Of a DNA stretch of 64,000 nt, positions 13,330 through 25,626 are shown one piece after another. Position 1 is the stretch's first letter. Each line of letters starts with the position of its first letter. Source of the stretch: Phoronis australis (lineage: Eukaryota > Animalia > Phoronida); contig NMRA01000487.1 in NCBI GenBank assembly GCA_002633005.1, positions 124,001-188,000 of the forward strand, read 5' to 3'. A program made the position numbers and the translations under genes. The notes below the pieces were generated by a model, which ran no database searches, was not told where the DNA came from, and saw nothing but the letters and a program-made list of their open reading frames with translations.

Positions 13330-14389
13330 CCCCACACCCACCCTCCCACCCAGCCCCCTCCCACCCACCCCCATTATAATTTTAGGTGCATTTTCGGGTC
13401 TCAAGAGGATATTTGTCTGCAAAAAAAATGAGGCCTGGAGGGCCCTGGATCTGGCTCCAGGAGGTGTTTGAGGGCCACCATCATGTTGATGACAGGTCAT
13501 AGCTAGCTGGTTGTGACCTTTCAACCAACCTTGATGTCAACTCTGAACTGCATGGTTTTTATCATGCTTAGCACCTCGCCAGTCTACGTCATATACTGAA
13601 GGCAAGTTTACCTCTGTTGCCTGATTTCTTGGCTGAGCCAAATTCCGGGTTCTTCATTTTCGTCAGTCCTTGGCACAGCTGACAGCTATCCATTTCCACA
13701 CGTCATTCGATGGATTTCTGCAAGGTGCAAAACTGTCGGTAATACAGTCGAGGGTGCATACATCCAAGGCGGCCATTAACACCACTGCTAAAGATATACA
13801 ATACCACTCTAATTATATTCTTTGATATGTGCACTCTTTTGCAGAAACATGAATATGCCAGTGTTTGCTCCAGAGTTCGTTGTCGCCACCATCTAATGAT
13901 TATAAGTCTCCGGCCAGTGTTTTATAAGCTCTATATTTTTAATCAAGTTGATTTTACAAATCGTTGTTTCCCTATGTTTGATCATCGGAAAACTCCATTT
14001 TTTATGAACTGTTTAGTGTTGTACCGTAGTTGTCCAAGATAACGCCCAAGCTCGGCTTATCAGCCATACCTGAAGTTTCTAAATTTTCACCTTTAAACAC
14101 CCAGGCTAATAGCTTCCACCCACAATTCATCTGACAGAGACTTCCTTTGAATGGCTAGCGTCTTTGTGAATGGCTAGCGTCTTTGTGAATGCCTGTCCTA
14201 TGAGAATTTTAGCTCTCAAAGTCTACGTAACTTAACCTTTGCATACTGCATAACGAATAGTCAGTTTCACAAGCCCCTGCTATATTGAGGAGGAAAAAAC
14301 CCGGTAACTTCTAAGGGAGACATGAAAGGTTATTTTCAGCTCTTTACACATTTTATGGTAAAAATTCGTCACTTTAGAACGATTTAAAC

Positions 14390-14640
14390 AATTTGGGACA
14401 CTGAATTCAATGTAAAATCCAATTTTCTTGATTTTCTGAAGATTAGAAATGGATACTTTTGGCATTCATCATATGTCTCAAACATTGGACATTCCATTTT
14501 GTATCAACAAAGTTTAAGTGAGATAACAAATACCTGCCTATGCAAAATTTGTCTTTCTCACAATTCTTGAATTTGGGGCGGCCAATATAGTTTATTTCTA
14601 AAATTTGGTACAATGTTCAATCTTGAGCAAGATAATTTAC
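14390..14640 (+). repeat. Tc1/pogo-like MITE internal fragment
   Basis: Similar to 8903-9030 and to the reverse complement of 58225-58510. Confidence 0.6.
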
Positions 14641-14801
14641 TTTTGACTGTCGCAGAATTTTTACCACAGTATTGTTACTTGTTTGCAAAAAATGATGAAG
14701 GCATTGCAATGAGCGATGGTTGAGGTAAAACACTTGTCTTCTCAATAATTCTGTTTCATTAAATGCCCATATTAATCACAATACCCAATCCCTAATTACT
14801 T

Positions 14802-15050
14802 GGCATTAGTGACTTACTGCGGTCCCTGATTTTGAGGACCAGTTTGGTGCCCGTTGTTCAGTGGAGAAAACTGGTTCTCAAAATGCGGGCTCCCTGGAAG
14901 TTACTACTACTGCAGGTGCAGTGTTTTCTGTAGACCTATTACCAAGTCACTTGTAGGAATACCACTTTTTGACTACCCAGTTTGATTCCTGTTACTCAGC
15001 GCGGAAAACTGGTTCTTAAAATGTGGGACCCCTTATGAATGACCATTACT
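14802..15050 (+). repeat. two adjacent copies of a short hairpin MITE
   Basis: Arms GGTCCCTGATTTTGAGGACCAGTTT / AAACTGGTTCTCAAAATGCGGGCTCC; second, degraded copy at ~14945-15050. Confidence 0.7.
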
Positions 15051-15730
15051 CTAAATTCCTGATACTGGTAGTTGTACCACTTACCAGTAAGGTTGCTTTG
15101 AAGTTGAGAAGATGATTATTCAATTGTGCTTGATATCTGCTCCAAAGCTTATAAATATACACTGACATTTCACAAAGAATTTTGATAAAGCTGTCTTTGT
15201 GCTGAACACACTACATACTGTTTTCACAATATACATTTGTGTTGCAGACCATTTGCTCTAGCCATTTGCCCCTGATATCCAATTTACATTGCTATTTTTG
15301 GAAATTCATTATAAAGGCCATTGAACTGCAAAGAGCAGGTATTATCCAAAGTAATTTTGAGAATTAAGAATGTGATTGCACTATTTAGCATCTCAGTTTA
15401 AATTCATTCTGCCAATATGACATTTAAATTGTCCAAGATGCTGTGTATACTACGGTAGTTAAATGAACTCATCGAAACATGCACCTATTATTAATAATTC
15501 TTGTAGTTAATGGATTTCAAGAGGTTTTTGTGTAATTGTACCTGACATTGACATTTTGTTCGTACTCTTTTTGCTTGGAAGTCAGTACGTTATCAAACCT
15601 CGTAAAATAATAACATATCAGTTCTCTTTGTCAAAAACACGACTTTGATATGTGGTTATTATTTTAAATATTAAAGGTGCACTTCCAGAATAAACGAAAC
15701 AACTCCTTTGTAATTGAATTGAGGGGGGGG

Positions 15731-15962
15731 GGGAGTGTGGCCTAATGGGATAAGTACCCACTTCCTGTACTGAAAGTCATGGGTTCCAAGTCCCTCTGGG
15801 GCACACTGTTAGACGTTTAAGTCAGGTCTTCAGCTCCTCAGCTCGGTTTTAACTATGTTGATAAAGCATAAATATGGTTTCTGGTGATCAGTGCAATGGC
15901 CCACATGAGCAGCCTGTGCATCCATAGTACAATGTTTACCAGACTGCTGCCTGGAATTATTT
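15731..15962 (+). mobile_element. tRNA-derived SINE, copy 2
   Basis: A-box GTGTGGCCTAATGGGATAAG and B-box GGTTCCAAGTCC; body matches 1655-1890; TSD TTTGTAATTGAATT at 15707-15720 and 15963-15976. Confidence 0.85.
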
Positions 15963-18408
15963 TTTGTAATTGAATTCTAACTGGACTGAAAAGTGGGTTA
16001 TATTCATGTTTGACGCAAGGTAATCCGTTATGTAGGACAATGGAAAAATGTTATAATTTGGCTATCTTTGATTATTGTATCCTACAATTAGCCTTATATT
16101 CAAAATGTTCCTAGTGGCTGTCAAAAATAGGACTTGCGATTTTGCGAATAAATAATCAAAAGTTGCATAAAACAAAAAAAATGCAAATTTAGAAAACTAT
16201 CAGCCTTTTTGAGATTTTATCTTGGCTATGTTATTGATGACATTGTAGTGCTGACTGTTAGAAAGTCATTAAGCAAATTCTACAGGCTTTCTACTTTCAG
16301 AAAATATTTTGTTAATATATTTAGCTGAATGCACAGACATAACCTTAGTTTTTCATTCTTGTGCTTCTTTCCTGAAGCTAAGCTTAGGCAAGAACATGAA
16401 TCTATTTTTAGACAGATTTAAGTTCAATCACATTTTTGGTGCAGTTGGACAGCACCATGTACTAAAATAAGCACGTAGCATGCTAAGTACATTTGGACGG
16501 TATATCCTTCTAGCCTCAAGGTATCACACACTTGATGTGAATGGCGCATGCTGTCAATTCAAACAGAATAGTGCTCTAAGCAAATATTTATTAAGCCATT
16601 CATGACATTAATCAAAAATGTACTGGAGACAGAATTGCTGTTATTGAGTGTTTCCGTCATGTTTTTTCTTTAAAACAGTAATATTGAAGATGTCGCAACA
16701 GATTTATGCCGCAGTTTTCTTGCCGAAAAAAATTGTTGTTCCTTTTCGCTTAGCAAATTTTGCTTTCAAAGGAAAACATATTTGGTGTTGTCGTTTTTAA
16801 AGGGGCCAAAAATAGACCCTAGGTGTATTAAGACTATCTAGGAAGGAATGCACTGGCAACTGATGCTTTATGTAACTACATCAAAATTTATCGAAACACA
16901 GTACTGTATGAATTTTAAGAAATTGGAATGTCTGATTATGTGGATTTCCAAAACTGAAGTCCTATTCATATGAATTTCCGACTCTTAAATCATTGTAGCT
17001 GTATGGTGGCAGTGCACGCTTGCAAGCTATAGTTTCATTTACCTAATTAGAGCCAATTAATATGAAATATTGAAAATAATAGTTCATTCTGTAAATCTGG
17101 AAACTTCTCACTTCCTCTTGGAGTGGGTGCCAGTCCTGTGTCGGTGTCCAGTAGTCCTGGGTATGTGAATCTGTTTTCACTGGTCTCTGGGGCTGGTTTT
17201 GTTTTTCATCAGAACCATATACCCCAGTGTTTACCATTCATTAGTGCCACCAGGCTAACATACCTTGCAAATCATTTCAATGAATCGCACTTGGAGCATA
17301 AAGAAGCCCAATGAATCTAAACTGAACAAGATGTTAATGCGGAACGTAATTCACAAGGTGTCGCTAGTGAAGCCTGCATTCAGGTATTCACTTAGGTCTC
17401 TTGACACGAAAGTGCCCCCATGCTGATGGACTGCATTCTGCTGTTTATTCAGTTGCCAAAAAGAGGGGCTTATTCATTAGCACCACCTAGTGAATACAGT
17501 TGTCCATTCCTTGAACATGTGTTTTTATTGTTACACCTATTTGCATCCTCCTAATACCATGAAACTGCAAACTTGATTTAGAAGTTGCCACGTTTGTTTA
17601 TTGCATCTTCTGGTCTCTTGAAAACCCATATTTTTATTGAGAGTGGTTTTGAAAATTTCCCCATGAATTTGTTTTTCACATATCCTGAATCTACTCAACC
17701 AGATCAAAGGTGTTCACTTTCCAGATGGCTCACAGCTGAATGACACTTTCATGTTAGGCTAAACCTGGTCTGTTGAAACCTCAACTCTTTACCATCCCAC
17801 AAAATCATCTCGGTTAGCGATATCGAATTTGTCATTAGCGCTCTCCATTGCATGTGCAGTGTATCGCAATTTCTATCAATTACTCCTGGAGTGTATTTTT
17901 ACCTTTGCCAATGCAGGGGAATTTCGCTACTCTGCAGTTAAAGAGAGAAGTTGCAATAATAGTCGAGGATTTTGGCTTGCAAATCCACTGTAATTACTGG
18001 TGCTTCTGAAAAAAGTGGTGTTGCAGTCTTTATGGGATAGCAGCAAAGTTGTCCTGATGCAGTTTGTAATGAAACAACAGTTCTGTAGAAATGGATATTT
18101 TGAGGTAATGACACCCCTAGTCCACAAACGGGCTAATGCTGGTAAATAATTACTTGTCATAATGAAATTCGCCAAGTCTGGTTTATTGTGGCTTTTGTTT
18201 GTGTACATGGTACAGCTTGCATTTACAGTTCAGTTACGATGAAATTTGTAACTCATCATTAATAGTTTGAGGTCTATTGTTTTTGTCATAATTGTGTCCC
18301 CTATGACAGATATGGTAGGCATTTGGTTTTTGTCTTCAATTACTTGTCGAATCTGTTCTGATGATGAGAGCCATGTATTTGTTATCGCCTCCTAGTGGAT
18401 ATGGAGTT

Positions 18409-18479
18409 CCGAGGTTAACCGTTCACAATGATCGCAACTCCCAAAACATCGACATGTCAGCGTTAGTATGGAAGGGCCT
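18409..18479 (-). repeat. terminal fragment of the Harbinger-like MITE family (19890/26936)
   Basis: Reverse complement AGGCCCTTCCATACTAACGCTGACATGTCGATGTTTTGGGAGTTGCGATC matches the family 5' end; flanked by TAA. Confidence 0.7.
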
Positions 18480-19008
18480 TAATGCAAGTGACTTTGAGGG
18501 ATGGACTCGTCTAAATTTTTGAGATGGTGTCACAAGATATTTGAATTACTGTATATGTTTCTACTCCTGTTGGACCTAACACCCATACTTATCATTTCAG
18601 AATTTATTTACTTTGAACTTCATATGACTTAATGTCTAATTTTTTGAGTTTCTATTCTAGGTCTTCCTTGTTGTAGGTGTTTTCACCAATAAATTTAATC
18701 ACAAGAAGCATTAACCCCGTGTAACCAGACCTTAAGAATTTGACCACTGTATTGTATTTGGTCAAAAATATAACCTAGCAATTTGGTTTTTTGGCCAACG
18801 AATGGCCCTACCAGGTCCACAGTGTTTCAATTTGGGGGCCCAATGCCATCCTTATTTCCCTCTAAAACTCATTTGAAATCACATAAAAATGAAATTCCAC
18901 TCTCCAGGGCAGAGAATTCCTGGTTTCAGCTCACTCAATTGTATGAGATGTAAAAGTTCACTGGTGGTAACCTGAGGAGAAGTATTACCAGCATACGGGA
19001 TGGGTTGG

Positions 19009-19154
19009 CAGTGGCGGATTTAAAGGGGGCCATGACCCCCCTAAAATTCTCCCAGATTACATTTGGGGGTTCGAGGGTGCGAATGTCTGACGGGCAAAAT
19101 CCTGGCTAATACTCTGTCCTGCCCCCCCAACTCAAAATCCTGGACCCACCCCTG
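19009..19154. mobile_element. short degenerate MITE with CAGTGGCGGAT-type termini
   Basis: CAGTGGCGGATTTA...TGGACCCACCCCTG; related ends at ~7896 (GATCCACCACTG) and ~38661 (GGATCCGCTACTG). Confidence 0.5.
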
Positions 19155-19889
19155 GGTAGGGTGCATCCGTTTCCTTGATCCATTTACCCAAGGCATAAGT
19201 ACCTTTCCCTTAAGATGAGCGAGGGTCGTGCCCTACTGAAAATCCAGGAGGCATGAGCCTCACGCAGGCATAGATCTGTTTTTTTAACAGTAGAGGAGCT
19301 TGATTCATCATTGAGCGAAACAATTGCGATCTTGTTTTTATATCAGTTAGGGCATTGACACTCGACAAGTATTTAGTTTTCATTTACGTATTTCCTTTTT
19401 ATGATTTTTTCTGTTATCAAAACACGACTGTAATCCTTTAATAAGTTTTTTTGACATCTGCTGTCATGATTAAAATACAATTACTAAAAATATATATGAT
19501 TGATGCACTATGTAATTATATTTTGTTATACAAGAAACAGAACGTAACACATACTCCCTGAAATGCGTTGATCAATCTTTTATGCTCACTGTGGAACTGA
19601 ACTATTGATAAGTGTAAAATTAATGTAGTTAACGACCAAATCTTTGAAGTAAACTGCACAAAGCTACATACCTGATACATGTGCCTGCCATCAAAAAATT
19701 GTTTTCCCCGTACTTACCCCTTTCTCAGAAGCAACTCCCGGCCTTAGCAAGTTAATTTGCCACGCCTAGCATGGTCTCGAGCAGTAATGTGCTGGTAGTT
19801 CTACCCTAGCCTAGAAATCTCTTCATCTGAGTGGGTAAGGAATACCTTGAGACCAGTTTTAGAGCGTCAGGTGGTCAAAGTCAAAAGTT

Positions 19890-20382
19890 AGTGCCTTTCA
19901 TACTAACATCGATGCTTCGATGTTTAGGGGAGTTGCGGTCAGTATGAACGGTTAACTTCGGTCCGGGATTGAAGTTAACACCGCCAGTTAACTTCGCACT
20001 AAACAGGTGGATTTAATAGCGTAGCATCGACGCTGCGGTGCAGTATGAACGGTCAACTTCGGTCCTATCGAAGTTATCGCCAGGCCACTTTTATCGCCAG
20101 CAATTAAATGATAGTGTAGTCGCTATGCTGTAATAATCAACAATCGAATTGAAAATAAGTTTTATGTCAATTAGCTCACGTAAATGTTCCCAAATTGTCG
20201 CATTTAAAATACCTTACGGTGCAGAGCCACCTTGTAATTACTTCGATGGCAACAGCGCCACTTACTGTAATGTTAACTTCGATGTCTGTTAACTACTGAA
20301 GCCAGTATGAACGGTTTAGTTAACTTTGTAATTTACGTCGACGCTCCGCTCAGACCAGAGTTAAGTCAGTATGAAAAGGCCT
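19890..20382 (+). mobile_element. PIF/Harbinger-like MITE
   Basis: TIR GCCTTTCATACT...AGTATGAAAAGGC; internal CAGTATGAACG repeats; full-length homolog at 26936-27441. Confidence 0.8.
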
Positions 20383-20895
20383 TCTGGCTGAGCTTTCATT
20401 TTCGCGGGTCAAGGCAGCTTAGTATATTACTATTGAATTCTAGTTTGGAAATGGTGGTCATTTCTGTTGTCATGTCTTGATTGACACATGCTACTGTCTT
20501 CATTCAACGAAAAACTGTCCTCAAGTTCTTAAGTCTGCTTCAGTAGTGCCATTATTTGTGTAATGCCCAATCCCCTTTTGTACAATTAAGACTTCTTTAA
20601 GGGTCGTTACCAGTTTTACGGCTGAAAAACGCATTTGTGGGATTATCATTGGATGGGGCAGACTTTTTGAAGTTATTAGCTTTGACCAGAATTATAAAAC
20701 AACGAAATCTGTGCTTGTGTAATTTTATTGCAAATCACCAATTTTCACTGTAGTGTGCCACTTCTGAGAAATTCTGGAAATTCAAAACAATGTCAGAAGC
20801 TTTTGAAACACGAAAAAGGACCAACTTTGGCAATTGTTTTTGTCCGAAATCGGTGAGATTTTACCGTTAGTTTTTACTTATATGCTCTGTATTTG

Positions 20896-20956
20896 GAAAC
20901 GAAGTTAGTCGTATTTTGAAACGAAGTTAGTCGTATTTTGAAATGAAGTTAGTCGT
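20896..20956. repeat. 22-bp tandem repeat, ~2.7 copies
   Basis: GAAACGAAGTTAGTCGTATTTT repeated. Confidence 0.9.
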
Positions 20957-21783
20957 TGAGGGTTTCAGAAGAGGAAGCGGAAAGTATCATTAGAGTAATT
21001 TTTTAAAACAGTAATTCTTTTTTAACGGCAGATTTTTCCACGTTAGAACTGGGACTTCTTGTGAAGGTCACTTGAACAGAACAGAGAATAGTTATTTTGC
21101 AATGCAGGCATGCTTCAATAACAATTGTGATGGTAGAACATTCCAAATTTCTTTGAAAATTGATGCTCGACAACACGTTGAGTAGAGCCAGCCCATGTGC
21201 ATATCTACCATTTCTGGGGGAAAATAGAGTGGCAACTATCTCTTAATAATACCTAATAGGAAAACAAACTTCCAGTTGCACACTGGAGTGAAACCTACGT
21301 CTTCTCTGTGTGATATGTGTTAGAGAATCAGTTACTGAGGATGCTATTGTTGTCTTTTGCTGGCGGAATCTACGCACAGCACTGTTGCGTGGTAACAGTT
21401 GACCATGTGCTGAGTCACGTTCCTCCTTCCAATGTGTGATTGCTCTGCAAATTATGACATTGTTTTTTGAAAAGGATATCATTAGGAGGGAATGTTTGCT
21501 ATCATCTTTAGGCGTGTTAATGCATTTCTGTCTTTTCAGGTGATAGATTTTTTTCATTGAGAGGTCAATGAACTGGTATGTTGGAAATCTTGTTATTTCC
21601 ACATATTTTTTGTGTAGGAGTTTGCCTTAATGACAGCCTCTTCAAACAAATCCCTTTTGTCTTCAGAAATAATAGCCAGTTATGTTATTAACGTCATTCT
21701 TGTTATACTAAGTGTTCATATCTTGTAAAGTTGATGTAAAGGTCAGTCAAAAGTTCCTCATCTTTACATGACAGGTGCATATA

Positions 21784-21994
21784 GCGTAAACATTCAGGTT
21801 AACGCCCATGTTCACTTAACCACCCATTCCCAACTTTTAGATGGATTTCCGATTTAAGCACCCACTGCTCGGTTAAGCGCCCCTCTGTGATTTTTGAAGA
21901 TTTCCAGTTAAGCGCCCACCTCTTGGTTAACCGCCCGCCCATCCACGAATTTTTTAGCTCATTACCACCTGGGCGTTAACGCGAATGTTTACGG
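21784..21994. mobile_element. Tc1/mariner(pogo)-like MITE
   Basis: TA-flanked ~25-bp TIR (G/C)CGTAAACATTC..GTTAACGCCCA; internal TTAA(G/C)CGCCC repeats; related fragments at ~14040, ~33870 and ~54590. Confidence 0.75.
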
Positions 21995-22840
21995 TAGTAT
22001 AAGACGGTGCCAGCGGTGATACTTGCATAGGACCTTCTTCGTACGCCTTAAGCTTTTTGACAAATTGTGCCTCACACTGATTGCAGAGGGACACCTTAGG
22101 AGGCTGTCGATGTCTTTAATTCCTTCCTACTCCCGTAATCGAACTGTTCAAGCAGTCCTTTGTTCAATTGCCCAAATCGGTAGCTGGCCATTTTTACATC
22201 ATATCCCCTGTAAAAATGGCTAGTTGGGGATATGGCAACTGAATGGAAGACTGCTTAAAAAAGTTTGATTACAGGAGTATTTGCTTGACTTGGAAGGATA
22301 CGATGACCTCTTAAGGTGTCCCTCTATGCCCAAAAGGTATTTATTGCAATGTCACTTTGATGGTTTAGTCAGAATGAGGCATAATTCGACAAAAAGCTTC
22401 CGGTGTGTGAAGGTCCTATGGGAGCATCACCGTCCCTACTGCTGGACAGGGTGTCACTGTTTATATGTAGTACACCTGGGTTCTGTCTTAGTTCTTTCTT
22501 CATTAAAGGCGAAGGCAACCTTTTTTCATGTCATTTTGAGCTAAAATAAGGTTGGTTAGTTATCCTAGACATATTTTCCACTTAATTACAGCTTTTCGTA
22601 ATTTTATTAATTACTCGTCCGCTACTCCGGAAGTGACGTTTTAGGAGGCAAGCGTTTCCCGCCACTTGGTTTTGCGTTGAGTTTACCGTGCGAATCTGTT
22701 CTGTTCTACTTTTGTTTTGTACTGTTTTTCAACAATTGTCGCCACCACTTTCCATCGGCGAGTATTCTGCGGCAACATAGGTTAGTAGGGAACTCAACTA
22801 CGTTGGATTTAGGGATTGTTTAGAGTGTTGTAAGCTGAAA

Positions 22841-23130
22841 ATGGCTGGACTCGTTGACCCGTATCACAGTGACAGTAGTGTGAGTGACGGAGACCTTGTT
22901 CACAGCAGTGGTGACGAGGAATTTTTTCACGGACATTCAGTGGGTGGGTACATGTTTGAGCCCGAGTATAACGAGGCAGAGTACGCACTGGCACAGGCAG
23001 CTGTTGAGAGAAACGAGGCGGCTCACTGAGGACAGACGTGGTGACATCTTGGTGCAAATGCACTGTGTGCGTTGTTATGCCTACCTCAATGGAATGCTTG
23101 TGCTGTTCAGAGTTCGACGAGGCCAAGCCA
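22841..23130 (+). pseudogene. truncated KolX-like (P2X7 cytoplasmic ballast-like Cys-rich) gene of Kolobok
   Basis: MAGLVD..GGYMFEPEY.., then (after a frameshift near 23025) WCKCTVCVVMPTSMECLCCSE, the xYxFEPE and WCxCxxCxxMxTxxECxCCxE motifs typical of P2X7-C-terminus-like proteins; truncated at ~23130. Confidence 0.75.
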
Positions 23131-23132
23131 CT

Positions 23133-23400
23133 ACCGGACACGGTTAAGTGGACCTCCGGCATACCACGAACAGAGGAACAACTGTCCCACTTGCCAGAGT
23201 GTCCCGTGACACACTCCCACTGGATGGTGACCTGAGCACCCAAACTGCTTACATCGTGTCGTGTGACTCCCTCGCCACACACCTGGCACCTTCTAAATAG
23301 CTCCAACACTTTAGGCAAGTCTACAATAAACTTATCAAAGTTTGGCTCACCGATCTGTTCTCGACTGCTTTGTACGTTGCGTGGACGAGTAACGCTGCGC
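23133..23400 (-). pseudogene. fragment of Kolobok transposase (pre-catalytic CxxC...CxxxH region)
   Basis: KFIVDLPKVLELFRRCQVCG..LGAQVTIQWECVTGHSGKWDS..GMPEVHLTVSG resembles the conserved region upstream of the DDE core in THAP-Kolobok transposases; DDE core deleted. Confidence 0.65.
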
Positions 23401-23401
23401 T

Positions 23402-23524
23402 CTTCACACGAACGAGCCAAGTACGGCGAAGTGTGTCATCCATCGGAAAGCGATGCAAAGGTACTCCCAAAGCGCGCGTGAGACGATAATTAGTACATCC
23501 CGGTACGCGGCAACAGTGTGGCAT
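23402..23524 (-). pseudogene. N-terminal half of THAP zinc finger of Kolobok transposase
   Basis: MPHCCRVPGCTN...LHRFPMDDTLRRTWLVRVK matches THAP C-x-x-P-x-C..HRFP..W; the second CxxH half is missing. Confidence 0.85.
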
Positions 23525-25236
23525 GTTGACTGACTAGTAAATGAAAGCAAACGACGACGGAACTTAACACAACCGAGGCACAACGGAGTAGCGGACGAGT
23601 AATTAACAAAATTATGAAAAGCTGTTATTAAGTGGAAAATATGTCTAGGATAACCAACCAACCTTATTTTAGCTCAAAATGACATGAAAAAAGGTTGCCT
23701 TCGCCTTTAAAGTGTGGTGTACCTATCATCCAAATGTCCTCTACTCCTTGAAGCATGTATCTCAGTAACTGCTAGTTTTTATCCAGTTAAGCACAAGAAT
23801 GGTGATCAAGTTCCATTTTGTCAAGTTTCTGACCAAAAATAAATGTTAAGGAAGGTTTAGTCTACCTTGGTTTGTGTTGTGTGAGATTTTTGAGAATAAT
23901 TATGTTGATCATTTGTCTCTTGATGACTTGTAAATAAGAAAATCCCTTACTGAGTTACTAGGTTTTGTTGGAGGCAGAGGTTTAGGCCTGGTGCGCCAGG
24001 CCTTTGTCGATGACTGAAGTAGTTTCCGCTGTTCGCTTTGTAAGGATGTCAGTATAAAGGGGAGGTAACTTCACACCGCGGTCCAGGTTCAAAAGGGGGC
24101 GAAGTATTTGACAGTGTTTCCATAATTTGCAACCATTTGAAAAGCAATAAAATTACGATACAACTTTGGCTGCGTGTTTTTGTGCAAAATAAAAGAAGAT
24201 TTGCTGCCACATCTATCTAGCTGTAAAAGTACGTTAGTGTTTTCTGAAACTTAGAGGGTAGGTGAATCTATTCGTGTGGTGGTATTTTCCATAACTTTTA
24301 ATCTTAAAAATACTGAACATTCTGTGTTTAGAGAGCTTAAGAATGATAGGACTTGGCTGTAAATTGAAGATGTAAATACTTTCAAACGCAGTCAAAATGT
24401 ATGACGACGGTAGTTCTTTCTACAGTCAGTTGTGCTCAAACTCTTAATTGTTCTCAGCATTTTCCCTTCTACTTTGCATGAACTCAAGATAATTACGTGT
24501 TTTGTGCTTCAGTGTATTATGCTTAATGTGGGTGACTGCATGATTCTGTTTAGCTTTTTTTGACCCCAGCATTAAAACTATGAGTTTTTAGCTTGAATCT
24601 AGGAGTCAGCAAGTGCGACTTTGGACTTGGCAGTTGTTTGCGCACAGGTGAAGCACGGAATTAATTAAATTTGTAGTGAAGGAGAACCATAAACAACAAT
24701 TATATCAAATTCAATTTCCTGTAAAAAGATTACATCCTGGTTCCTAGTGGCAGTTTTGCTGTGAAATACCTTGGCTGGGTAATTAGTCTTGTTACTGAAC
24801 ATAGAAGTGCTCCGCCAAACAACTACTGGTAGCAATTTGAATGGGTCAGATACCTGTGAATGAAGGTTTATGTGTCGGTGGGCTGGCGTAATCTATGTTT
24901 GGCCACAAAGGCTGGCTATCATTCATGTGCAGGTCTATGTGGCAACTGTTTCAGTGAATCATCATAAGCACCTTAGTTCCGTTTCCACGTGAAAATTGGT
25001 GGAAATAATCTTGTGTATTTTTCAAGCAAATTTTTACTACGAATAATTTTGTACTGGGACATGAACTCGCTAGGATTCCGAGTTCCACCAAATATCACTG
25101 GAGAAATACCTCTGAAAAAATTGTTCATGACATACCTGGTTTATTGATTCAATTAAAATTCTGGTTGTTATCTGTTTTATAAAACTGCTGGTGTTGGCAC
25201 ATGTGCTGAACTCCACTGAATGTGTAGTGTCAATAA

Positions 25237-25626
25237 GTGCCGTCCACATTCAGACTTATCCTGGAACAAGTTATTCCTGGAACGAGTTGTCACTAGGGCT
25301 GTGTGAACGCTATTTAAACTAGTGGAACTAACCCCACTTGTGACAACTTACTCCACCTTATCAAAGTGGGGTAACTTGGTCTAGGATAACTTGCGCCACT
25401 TCTAATTCCTGTGTGGCCGCAAACCTGGTGCAAGGTGAAAGTAATTGCCAGCTGCGGTTACATTAACAGACGGGGGTGGGGTTTCTTTTGCACGCCGCCG
25501 TACTCGCATTAAGCATTAATTGTCACTCACAGAGTGACAATTTACACTAGTTATTTGATGTGTGTGTGGGGGGGGTAAGTTGCACTAGTGCAAGTTGTTC
25601 TAGGGTAGGCTGTGTATGAATGGGAC
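25237..25626. mobile_element. degenerate Harbinger-like MITE
   Basis: TAA-flanked imperfect TIRs (GTGCCGTCCACATTCAGACTTATCCTGGAACAAGTT versus revcomp GTCCCATTCATACACAGCCTACCCTAGAACAACTTG); internal fragment repeated at 31390-31424. Confidence 0.55.

Larger units (their letters stand above)
22507..23706. mobile_element. internally deleted Kolobok DNA transposon (1200 bp)
   Basis: 123-bp TIRs (22507-22629 / 23584-23706, 4 mismatches by eye) starting AGGCGAAGG; TTAA on both sides (22503-22506, 23707-23710); convergent THAP/transposase and KolX-like coding remnants. Confidence 0.9.

Noticed and set aside
21100-21602. 119-aa minus-strand ORF and nearby IWNVLP motif
   Set aside because: At best a highly decayed LINE remnant; too degenerate to call.
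22809-23420. 203-aa minus-strand ORF as an intact gene
   Set aside because: It is a chimera created by deletion: only about residues 8-96 are transposase-like, and the rest is antisense to the KolX fragment.
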